DNA of 64,000 nt, taken from assembly GCF_006345805.1 (NCBI RefSeq), contig NC_043019.1, positions 21,513,360 through 21,577,359 of the forward strand, in the 5' to 3' direction. Each line of letters opens with the position of its first letter. Within the stretch, counting starts at the first letter, position 1. This DNA comes from Octopus sinensis (lineage: Eukaryota). Below, in pieces: positions 53,303 to 64,000 of this stretch. The notes under the pieces were generated by a model. That model ran no database searches. It had not been told where the DNA came from and worked only from the letters and a program-made list of their open reading frames with translations. The translations under genes were made by a program, and so were the position numbers.

Positions 53303-55970
53303 TCTTTCAGTTTCTGCCTACCAAACCCACTCAAAGCTTTCGTCAGCCCAGGGCTATTACAGAAGACACTTACCTAATGTGCCACACAGTAGGACTAAAC
53401 CCAAAACCACTACAAAAAATTTTAAATATTGTAGAATTTCCTTCTGGATTTGGATTATGAAGAAATATTAAAGTTACAGAAAAAAAAAAGCATAAAAACT
53501 ATTGAATACTCAATAATTATATTTAATTTAACTAGTCATGTATCTCGTCTTGTGAATGTCATGGCAACCTTATTGGTGCTGGTCTTGGTGTCAGCAAAAG
53601 AAACCAATAGACTATGCACTGAACTTAAAGTAAAAGTAAGTGTTGGGGGTTGATTTGTTTGACTAAAATTCTTCAAGGGGATGCCCCAGCAGCCAAATGA
53701 CTGAAACAAGTAAAAAATAAAAAAATAAACTAATAATAGGATTTCCTTACAAAAACAAAATTATCTGCTCACCAAATGTTAAAACAACTTGTTGCTTTCA
53801 TTATAATTAAATACCTGAAGACCAGTATTATTTAAACTTATAATTACACTCAGCTTACACAAATGAGCATATTTCATTTAGATAACAAATGTAAGCACAG
53901 CAAGAGTAAGAGCAATACAAATGTTAAACAATGTTGATTGAAGCCAGAAATTTAAACTTTTACAGCCATGAACATTGGAAGCTGGAAGTGTATAAAAATA
54001 AAGAAAGGCAAAAAGCCACACGTGCACAAATACAAACTATTTCATAGGCAGTACATCTAGCACAGCTTGAACCATAAAGATTCTTTGATGACTTAAAGCT
54101 ATAGAGAAATCAACACAGCTACTTAGAGGAAATAATTTCTTTTTTTTAAATCTAATGCACCAAATATCTTCCTTTTTTTTAAATTTATTTATTTACTAAT
54201 AAGTGACCATATTCTCATACAGTTTGTAGTTTCCTGACTTTAAAGAAGCATGGCAGTGCCAGCAGAAAAAGAGCAAAACATTTTGCCAAGCACACTGAGC
54301 AAAACATAAGCTAGCTGAAGAGATTAGATAAAACCACTTGTGAACCTCATGAGCTTGTCATCATGAGCTGATAATGTGTTTTTTTACCCAACGTACGAAG
54401 TCTTCCTTTGAAACAGGAGCACAGGTTTTGCATTACTTCAGAGTTTCATACGTAATTCATAGAACACTAACTGCAAAACAGTTTTTTTTTCATTCTTTGT
54501 GTTTTCTTTTTTTTCTTTTTCTTTCTGAAGAATTTGTAAAATATCCAACAGGACGAAACAGCTAGTGGTGTTTTCACCAATTTTCACTGTTAAGTCTAAA
54601 AATTCTTTAATTCAATGGTGATGCCATAACGAGATTATTTTGTTTTCATATTTTATCCATATAACTTGTTGTAGTGTAATCTTAAGTTGAATTCATAAAA
54701 CTCAACATGTACTTCAAAATCCCTTGGATGAGAAATGCATTTAAATTATCACTTCAACTGCTAGAAATAGCAACAGAAGTTCCATCAAATTCTATCCTGC
54801 TGTCTTAGAAAAGGACATATCAGACACTGTAGTGCTAGATATAAAAAAATACTGGATGGTCATAGCTGGAAAGTTCTTGATTATAGATTCAACAGGGCTG
54901 ACACGGGTCTAGACAATAACAACAAACAACTAAGAATACTTTTGTTGCTCCTCAGAGTGAAAGTGAAAGTTCCATGTAACGGGAAATCCTAACCAGAGCC
55001 TCCACTGGTCAAAGTTAACCAAGTATTTGTACTTATATGTGCAAGTTGGTGGTGGGTGAGGTGAAGACTAGCAGTGGCTTAATGTGTAAATCTCCCTTCA
55101 TTATGTCACCAGTGTTGTCCAAGGAAAAGGCTAGCCTTAAAGACTAAAACACCTGTAATTGACTAACAGGTGGGTCAATGTTTATTGACTAAATCCCTCC
55201 CACTAAAATTAGCGGCCTTGTACTAAAATTTGAAACTATTATCATAGTTGTGAAGAAATGTTAGAATGTTCTTAAGTTTAGTTTAGCCATCATGGTTAAG
55301 ACCATGATACAGCACCTGAATTAAATATTTTCTATGTTAGTGTGTGTGTCTCTTGCTGGGTATGCACCTGAATTCTAAATTTTACCTAAGGATTATGCTG
55401 TCTTCTCATGCTTCCTTTTACTATTGTATTTACACTATGATTATCTATATTTATAAAATATATATGATATATATATATATGAATACATGTAGGTATGTGT
55501 ATAAATGTATCATTTATAATATAACATATACAAGCATATATTCATAGTATATATATTCTCCTGTCTAATGTATGTAATGTATATACATTATATATGACAA
55601 ATGTACACTAATATCAATGGGTATGTGTATATACATTAATCTATGTGTGTATGTGTATAAATAAACACACTAACACACACACAGAGATTAATGTATATAC
55701 TGCTACCTAAATACATTATTTATATATACATATGATATATACAGCCCTATGTCTGCAACTTTGATGCCTTGCATATGACTAAAGAGAATCAATACACTGT
55801 TTTTCCCAAAAGGTTCAGAGAGAGAGGGAAAGAAAAAAGAGATAGATAGAGAGACAAAGAAGAGAGAGAGACAAAGACAAAGAGGAGAGAGAGAGAGAGA
55901 AAGAGTTCATACAGAAAGCCATAACAAGTAGAAATATATATCTATATATATATATTATATTCATACATAC

Positions 55971-56029
<59 letters not shown>

Positions 56030-56113
56030 TACACACACATATAAATGTATATATAAAATGTGTAAAGCATAAAACAAAATTTCATGGTAAAATGAGAAGA
56101 GAAGCCAACTTAC

Positions 56114-56356
56114 ATCCTGATCTGCTGGGGGTATATTGGCCGACAACGGCAATGGCTTTGCTACACCGATGACAACAGTTCCTCTTGGAGCCCCTTTCAG
56201 TGCCTGGACAGCATCATCCAAAGTAGCATGTTCCAAATTGACGTCATTAACAAAAACTAACCTGTCACCTGGTAACAACCGCCCGTCCAGTTGTGCCACA
56301 CCACCAGGGACAAGACTTTTGATCACAATTACTGTCTCAGCAGGGTTTACGGGGTC
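56114..56356 (-). CDS. MPDZ: MPDZ/PATJ-family exon: body of PDZ5
   Basis: ccag|GAC acceptor and GAT|gtaagt donor; 243 bp, phase 0-0. DPVNPAETVIVIKSLVPGGVAQLDGRLLPGDRLVFVNDVNLEHATLDDAVQALKGAPRGTVVIGVAKPLP continues directly from ...SILDYQ as in vertebrate MPDZ. Confidence 0.95.
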
Positions 56357-56522
56357 CTGGATTTGGCAAGAAAAGAAAATAGATATATATATATATGAAA
56401 ATGGCACCGAATACATCTTGATTGTGTGTATAGAGCTGTTTGCAGGCATTTGGCTTAAATCACTAGAATTGTGTGTTTGAGCATGTGTTCATACACACAC
56501 ATCTATATTATAAAAAATGACT

Positions 56523-56961
56523 AGGTGTAAGAGGGCTGTGTGGTAAGTAGCTTGCTTACCAACCACATAGTTCCAAGTTCAGTTCTACTGCATGGCACCT
56601 TGGGCAAGTGTCTTCTACTATAGCCTCAGGCCGACCAAAGCCTTGTGAGTGGATTTGGTAGACGAAAACTGAAAGAAGCCCATCGTATATATGTATATTT
56701 ATATATATACGATATATATGTATATTTATATATATGTGTGTGTGTGTGTGTATCAAGCGATGTCCCCCCAACATCGCTTGACAACCGATGGTGGTGTGTT
56801 TACGTCCCCGTAACCTAGCGGTTCGGCAAAAGCAACCGATAAAATAAGTACTAGGCTTACAAAGAATAAGTCCTGGGGTCGATTTGCTTGACTAAAGGCA
56901 GTGCTCCAGCATGGCCACAGTCAAGTGACTGAAACAAGTAAAACAGTAAAAGAGTAAAGAG
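56523..56961 (+). mobile_element. SINE family A, full-length
   Basis: Matches the family consensus; (AAGAGTA)n tail. Confidence 0.9.
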
Positions 56962-56990
56962 TATTAGTGATAGGGGCAATATTAATACCA

Positions 56991-57196
56991 AGAGATAATA
57001 TTTATCCCCACTTAAAAGTGGATGTTCTGTTAGAACAAACTATACTGCAGAAGAAACTGTGAGAGAAACTTGAGAGATACCATGAGATTAGTTTGCCCCA
57101 AAAGCCTATATGAGAGTTGCTCTCATGGTATCTACCGCAGTATAGTTTGTTCTAACAGAACATTCATGTTTAAGTGGCCATAAATATTACCTCTCT
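56991..57196. repeat. Imperfect hairpin element
   Basis: ATGTTCTGTTAGAACAAACTATACTGC / GCAGTATAGTTTGTTCTAACAGAACAT and inner AGATACCATGAGA / TCTCATGGTATCT. Confidence 0.8.
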
Positions 57197-57485
57197 ATAT
57201 ATTATAAAATTTTGGTTGGATCGGGGCTTGTAAGTTTTACTTCACAAGTTGACTAAGCTGTCAGATGAAATTTAGAAGTCCATGTGAAATGAATTTTCAA
57301 ATATATTTGACACTACCATCAGTATAAGTATCCTGGACCTCAGTTAATATTCTGTTATTCTTTTAAATTTACTCTAAAATGATAACCTGAAATTAACACA
57401 CACACACACACACACACACATGTTTGCTGTTGCTCCCACCACCATCATTTAATGTATGCTTTCCATACTGGTATGAGTTGAACAA

Positions 57486-57713
57486 TTAACCCTTTTGTTA
57501 CTGTAATTATTTTGAGATGCTCTGTGTTTCTTTCAATTACTTTAAATATAATAAAGAATTTAGTAAAATAGCTTGGTTATCATTCAGCTAGTGTTAAGAA
57601 AATAAATTGTGACTAAGGTTTGGTGGAAGATTTTAATTCAAAACTTATGAGAACAAGACATTTGTACTCAGAGCCAGAACCGGTTTCAGCTGGGTTGGTA
57701 ACGAAAGGGTTAA
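57486..57713. mobile_element. piggyBac-like MITE, inverted sister of 28913-29143
   Basis: TTAACCCTTTTG ... CGAAAGGGTTAA. Confidence 0.75.
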
Positions 57714-58527
57714 ACAGGATTTTGTTAAGCTGCAAGGCTGAAATTGTACTCCATGTCATCTCCATGTATATTTTGGCACAGGACCAGCAATTTCGGGGGA
57801 AAAGGATAAGTTGATTACATCAACCCTAGTGTTCGACTGGTACTTATTTTATTAACTCCTGAAAAAATGAAAGGCAAAGTCGAACCTGGTGGCATTTCAA
57901 CTCAGAACATAAAAGTTGGAAGAAATTCCACTAACCATTTTTCCAGCACAATAATGATTCAGCCTGGCCATTTGACATTTCTTAATTTATTTTCAACTAT
58001 GTAGGGTTGATTTAAGCATATAATGAATTTAAAGAGGCTTTTCTGTTGATTAAGCTACATTGGGACACATTTTGGCTGTTTAATTTTTTGCTTTCTTTCA
58101 TCATCATAGGGCTATTTTAAATGTTTCACCCTTCTACATTTAATCTGACTCCTATCTGGCAGAAATATTCTACCTATTTTATTTTAAAACTGACCAGATC
58201 CAACCTCTTACACCTACTCTACAATGTCATTCTAATAACATATAAACACACCAATGAAATCTTGAAGTTATAGGATAACATATAATTAATTCAAAACAAT
58301 GTGAATAAATAAGCAATACATTTGACAAAGAAATTTGAATGCGAAGGTCTTTGTGTGTATTTGAATGGCTGGTATGTGTTTTCCTTGCCGTTTTAGTTTC
58401 AATACATGGTCTCACATAAAATCGCTTGATTAGCAAGTAAACCTCCCAAACATTGAAAAAAAGAGAAGAAAAAAAAAAAGGATCACGTAAATAAGCAAAA
58501 TATTACAATGTCCAGATCAATAGTTAC

Positions 58528-58911
58528 CTGATAATCAAGAATGCTAAATCCAAGGCCTTTGTCAAGCTTCTTCAATTCTATAACAACAGGTTCACTACTC
58601 CACATAGCAAGCCCCGTTAAGGGCTCAAGGGATCGTGACCGATTTAGGAGGTTCTTCTCAGCAGTCCATTCTTGTGATGTTAATGTAACTTCTGATTTAG
58701 CTTTTACGAGCCGGTCTGTACATGGTGAGTTGGGAATCACTCCAGAATTGAGTAGTGAAGGGCTTTGAAAGACATCTTGTTCTTTGCTGGCAAAGTTTTC
58801 TAATTTACTTTTCTTTGGACGAGCGCAGACCAACCGAACATGTTGCGGCAGCTCTTTTAATATACTCACAACCTCTTTATGATTCAATCCCAGGAGGCGT
58901 TTACCATTAAC
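58528..58911 (-). CDS. MPDZ: Multi-PDZ protein (MPDZ/PATJ family) exon: C-terminal half of PDZ4, linker and start of PDZ5
   Basis: ttcag|GTT acceptor and CAG|gtaact donor; 384 bp, phase 0-0. Translates VNGKRLLGLNHKEVVSILKELPQHVRLVCARP...AMWSSEPVVIELKKLDKGLGFSILDYQ, matching the MPDZ/PATJ PDZ4 end and the PDZ5 GLGF loop. Confidence 0.93.
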
Positions 58912-59263
58912 CTGAAGGAGTAGGAAAAGGTAGAATTATAATCATTGATGAATTAATAGAAATAATAATACAACTGAAACATGCTCAATAACTATAGATA
59001 CACACACACACACAAGTATAATATATATCATTGTGTGATGTAAATGTTTTTTATTTTTTTTTTTTAAAAGCAAAGCAATGTAAATTATAACAAAAAATAC
59101 AAGTTGATGGTTTTGTATTTTTAAACTGTATTTCAACATCCCAGGGTTAGGACTCCTCCTTTGAGAAATCTTTGGAGATTTGGAGTTGTGTACTGGCTTT
59201 TCTGTTCTGCAGAGTGTGGGTGAGTAAATTAAAAACGTTTATATATATATATATACACACACA

Positions 59264-59309
<46 letters not shown>

Positions 59310-59340
59310 TACACATACATACATACATACATACATACAT

Positions 59341-59372
<32 letters not shown>

Positions 59373-59464
59373 CACACACACACCACACACACACACACAA
59401 CACACACACACACACATACATACATACATACATACATACATACATACATACATACATACATACA

Positions 59465-59495
<31 letters not shown>

Positions 59496-59498
59496 CAC

Positions 59499-59538
<40 letters not shown>

Positions 59539-59735
59539 CCGGAGTAAGCACATAAATGTGAAACATGGTGGAAAAAAGAGTACTCAAATACCAGATGTAG
59601 AGTAATATGCTTTATTAATAGCAGCAGAAACATCCCAAAAACTGTTACTCAGAGTTTCATGTTGCCATTTGGCAGGAACATGAAACTCTGAGTAACAGTT
59701 TTTATGATGTTTCTGCTGTTTTTAATAAAGTATAT
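59539..59735. mobile_element. Penelope-like palindromic insertion 3 in (TA)n
   Basis: Unpaired end of about 66 bp, then arms 59605-59663 and 59677-59735; the arm carries GAAAC-TCTGA-GTA (hammerhead 3' half) and AATAAA. Confidence 0.6.
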
Positions 59736-60169
59736 ATATATGTGCTATGCAGTATCTTAGGTAAATGTCTTCCATTACAACCTGGGTTTGGCAATTACTT
59801 TGTGAATGAATTTGGTTGGTTGATGGAAACTGTGGGAAACCTATCTCATATATATCTAGATAGCTACATATATACATACACATTCACAAAAGTACATGTA
59901 TGTGTGTGTGTGAATGTGTGACAGTCACTGTTGGAATGAAACAGTAATGATATTTATGTCTCTTATTGACACTATAGCCAGTTACTCTGCACTTTCAAAC
60001 ACCTGAGGGAAAAAAAAAAACTTGAAGAACAGTTTAGTGTTGGTAATAGAAAAAGCATCATGTTGCAAATGCTGGCTCTCCCACAGGCTGTCAAGGAAAA
60101 AAGTTAAAGACTTGTTTAACGTCTTCTATATATGTGTATATGTATCTGCATGTGTGTGTATATATATAT

Positions 60170-60570
60170 ATTCTGTTTTACTTGTTTCAGTCATTTGGAG
60201 CACTGCCTTTAGTCGAGCAAATCAACCCCAGAACTTACTCTTTGTAAGCCTAGTACTTATTCTATCAGTCTCTTTTGCCGAACCGCTAAGTTATGGGGAT
60301 GTAAACACACCAGCATTGGTTGACAAACACAGAAACACAAACATATACACACACATACAAACATATACACATACATACATACATATATATATATATACAC
60401 ACATAAACAACGGGCTTCTTTCAGTTTCCGTCAACCAAATCCACTCACAAGGCTTTGGTCGGCCTGAGGCTATAGTAGAAGACACTTGCCCAAGGTGCCA
60501 TGCAGTGGGAGTGAACCTGGAACCATGTGGTTGGTAAGCAAGCTACTTACCATACAGCCACTCCTGCACC
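60170..60570 (-). mobile_element. SINE family A copy
   Basis: Reverse-complement consensus match; a plus-strand older copy lies at 61156-61485. Confidence 0.85.
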
Positions 60571-60617
<47 letters not shown>

Positions 60618-60755
60618 ATATATATATATATGCATGTATATATAGCATGGAAAACAAACAGTAAAGGATGACTGTCATTATTGTCAAAGTTTAATGTCTG
60701 TCAAGAGCTGGCCAGGCCAAAGCCTGCACCAAACTTCTGTGACTGATGATTATAC

Positions 60756-60790
<35 letters not shown>

Positions 60791-61781
60791 GTTAAGAATG
60801 CCATCAACTATGCTTGCTAAAATTAGATTCCCATTTGGAAATGTTAGCATTACAATTTGGGGTAAGGAAGAAAAAAAATAAAAGACCTGATAAAAGTACA
60901 GCTGTTGAAAATAATCTCTAACATTCAAGCTTATAACAAGGCAAAACAAATAAATAAGTAAAGAGAGAAACTGAGACGGAAGGCATAAAGATAGTAAACC
61001 TTATCTACTTTATGGTCTCAACTAACTAATTCATATGCTAGACTGAGCAACAAATAAAGAAGAAAAATATTTGGAAGATAGAAAAGAAAATTGGTTTCTA
61101 GGCATGCCAAAAAATGTAATCTGTCTATAGAAAGGGGACATAGTTAACCCTAAGCACAGATGTAGGTGTATGGTAAGAAGTTTGCTTCTGAAATACATGG
61201 TGCTGGGTTCAGTCCTACTGTATGGCACACATTGGGCTAATGCCTTCTACTATAGTCCTGGGTTGACCATCACACACACACACACACACACGCAGAGGAG
61301 TGTGTCTTTTTTCACACTGCTGCTTAACAACCAGTGTTAGTTTGTTTACATCCCTGTAACTTAGTGGCTCAGGAGAAGAGACTGATAGAATAAGTATCAG
61401 GCTGGGATTAATTTGTTTGACTTAACCCTTCTAGGTAGTGCTCCAACATGGCCTCAGTTCAATGACTGAAACAAATAAAAGAAAACATAAATGATAAACT
61501 GAACCCCTCCCCCCTGAAAAAAAACAAAAAAACAAGGACATCATCTATTGACCCATTTCAGTTCATTTAAGAGTAAATGAATATGTGTGAGGTAAAAATA
61601 TTAATTTTCTTAAATTTTTTACTGGTTTCAGTCACTGGATTGCAGCTAGGCTGGGGCAGCACCTTCAAGAACTTTAGTTAATCATTTCGACCCCAGTACC
61701 TATTAGAGTTTGGTAATTCTAGTTTCCATCTACCAATTTCATTCACAAGGCATTGATCAGCTTGAGGTTAGAGTAACAAAT

Positions 61782-61958
61782 TACGAGGTGCATTTCAGAA
61801 GTTTTGACACTTTTTCAGAGTGACATTCACTTCAAAGAAGTACAAAACTCTGATCTCCTTCAGCATAGGAATCTTTGACTTCAATGCACTTGTTGCAGTG
61901 CTCCAGCCACTTCATGAATTCCCCCATGGAAGTGCCCCAAAGTGATGATGTCCAGAAC
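61782..61958 (-). mobile_element. Mariner transposon 3' relic
   Basis: TA-CGAGG terminus. The minus strand translates MKWLEHCNKCIEVKDSYAEGD, matching the mariner transposase C-terminal W..R..KCI...G.Y.E motif. Confidence 0.65.
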
Positions 61959-62061
61959 GAGGCTATAGTAGAAGACATTTGCCCCAGGTGCCACGCAGTG
62001 AGACTGAACCTGGAACCATGTGGTTGGTAAGCAAGCTACTTACCACACAGCCACTCCTGCA

Positions 62062-62285
62062 CTCATAATGATTCTGAAGGAATTGGTTGAAGTAGCTTGT
62101 GTACATCATATACATAATGTTTAGGCAAGCAATGAGCCTACAGTTTTCTGCCAACTTAGTTTCATTCTTGGCTACAAGATTTGCCTGTGTTATAGCAAAC
62201 CAATTTGGGATGTCAATCTGGCCTTCCATAGTTCTTTTGATAATACATTCAAATGGCTTTCTGTAAGAAGTCAGCCTCTTGTACA
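62062..62285 (-). mobile_element. Reverse transcriptase fragment of an R4/Dong-like non-LTR element
   Basis: IPNWF...ANLVAKNETKLAENCRLIACLNIMYMMYT resembles P.W...T.L.PK....P.NYRPI.CL...YK..T (RT domains 1-2). Confidence 0.65.
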
Positions 62286-63754
62286 CATGTGTCTGTGAGT
62301 GTGTTTGCCTGTGTCTTCCTGTCTTAATTTTGCATGATAGTTGTAAATGATTGTCACTGTCATACAGTGTCATTCATTTCCAATATTCCACAACAACATT
62401 TCTGGCCTTGGGGAAATATTACTTTGATTGGAAACAGGTGAAAGTTGGGGACAACAAGGGTATTTGACTGTACAAAATCAGTCTCAATAAACTTTGTCTG
62501 ACCAATGCAATCATGGAAAAGTGGATGTCGTGATGATGATGATTAAATAAAATGACACAGAGTAGTATCATTTTCAATGACTAAATACAATTAACAAGTG
62601 ATTCATTAATTACTATATAAAGTCCAGAAGCCCTTTTGTGCACAAAGGATGGTAGCTGTAAGTAAAAGAAAAAAGCAAGAGAAGAAATACTATAGGCTTC
62701 ATGCGGAAGTGAAGATTACTTAGTAGCATGTACCATGCTTTTTCTAGTTGTCTTAGGTGCCTGTAGAGTCCTTAGAAAATACAGACACTTTGGCCTACTC
62801 ATGGATGTGACAGCTGGAGGGAGATAAGGCTGCACAAGCAGTGCAATTAGCAGGTACTCATATTCAGTCAGGTAGATAGAGGCAAGATAAACAGAACTGT
62901 CTTGTTTAAAGACACAATGCACCATCTGGTCAAGGACTTGAATCCAACCCCCTAGCCACTAGACAACATGCATTCCACACTACTATAACTTCTTTATATA
63001 ACAGGCAAATGGAATAAATGCTCTTGACCATAAATATCTTCCCTGAAGTTTCTAAATTTTAACTATTATCAACAGTTATTTTTTTAACACCCAAGTCAAC
63101 CCCTCCAAGCCAAACCCATGATCAAAAGCATTCTAGCTACAACCACCCTATCCTTAATTTATTTATTTTTATCTTTCAGGAAGAGAACTAAAATGTATTC
63201 TTCCTTTTTATAAAATAGTAAGGTGTAATTTGCGAGTGATTTTGCAGCTATTTTTAGCAGGTCAAGTGACACAGTATAGATGCTCAAAAGTCTCATGAGA
63301 AATACATGCCTGTTAAGATTCTTCACCATCCTAGTGGCTCTATTTTGGGAATTAATTAAATTTTACAAGTTGTCTGCACATTTTAAAGATACAGTCAAAT
63401 CCTGACAGCCCAATTTGCCAAAATATCATTATTCAATATTCTGGTTACATTTTTGAAGCACCAAGATAAATTTGGATTCTTTCAAGGAATTCTTCTTTCA
63501 TAAGTTAGATCACTTTACAGTAGAGTGATGCCATTGTAGACACAGCATTAAGAACCACTGCTATTGCGAAGATTGCTACAGTAATCAAATAATTATTTTT
63601 TAATTAAAATTTTGGTAGGAATTCTTTAATTCTTTATTTAATTTTGGCATTTCTCATTGGTTTAGATTAAAAAATAAATATTTTGAAGGGTATGAATTGT
63701 GCAATGTGTGTGCATGCATACAGTTGTGTTTGTATAGATACATACATACATATA

Positions 63755-64000
63755 TCATCATCATCATCGTTTAACATCTGTTTTCCGTGCTAGCACGGGT
63801 TGGATGGTTCGACCGGGGTCTGGGAAGCCAGGAGGCTGCACCAGGTTCCAGTCTGATCTGGCAGTGTTTCTACAGCTGGATGCCCTTCCTAACGCCAACC
63901 ACTCCGTGAGTGTAGTGGGTGCTTTTTACATGCCACCAGCACAGGTGCCAGGGGAGTCTGGCAGTGACCACAATCGGTTGGTGCTTTTTACGTGCCACCG
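63755..64000 (-). mobile_element. SINE family C copy (runs off window end)
   Basis: (CAT)n-CGTTTAAC...GGCTGCACCAGG...GATGCCCTTCCTAACGCCAACC. Confidence 0.85.

Noticed and set aside
58912-64000. Upstream MPDZ exon (first half of PDZ4)
   Set aside because: No PDZ-like frame with splice sites was found; the exon presumably lies beyond the window.

Overview
This is AT-rich, microsatellite-dense eukaryotic DNA. The SINE repertoire and repeat landscape suggest an octopus (coleoid cephalopod), which is an inference. The window lies inside one large minus-strand gene, an MPDZ/MUPP1-PATJ family multi-PDZ scaffold. Seven GT-AG exons splice in frame (58911-58528, 56356-56114, 40505-39645, 28622-28509, 22475-22232, 18543-18342, 13151-13044) and encode the end of PDZ4, PDZ5, a long low-complexity linker and PDZ6. 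A further candidate cassette exon lies at 3051-2866. The introns hold at least four SINE families, RTE and R4/Dong-like LINE relics, piggyBac-, hAT- and Helitron-like non-autonomous elements, a mariner relic and a 1.35-kb tandem duplication. The most unusual signal is a set of short Penelope-like insertions, several in (TA)n tracts. (i) Two related, TSD-flanked, near-perfect hairpin elements bracket exon 22232-22475 and share an RNA fold supported by compensatory substitutions, with hammerhead-like topology but a non-canonical core. (ii) Minimal type-I hammerhead ribozyme motifs occur at 26268-26354 and 34547-34597, the latter with a G3:C8 core swap, plus several decayed copies. Fold-back palindromes and short templated duplications are also frequent. 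Nearly all other entries in the ORF track are microsatellite or SINE noise. Repeat boundaries are approximate unless TSDs are quoted.
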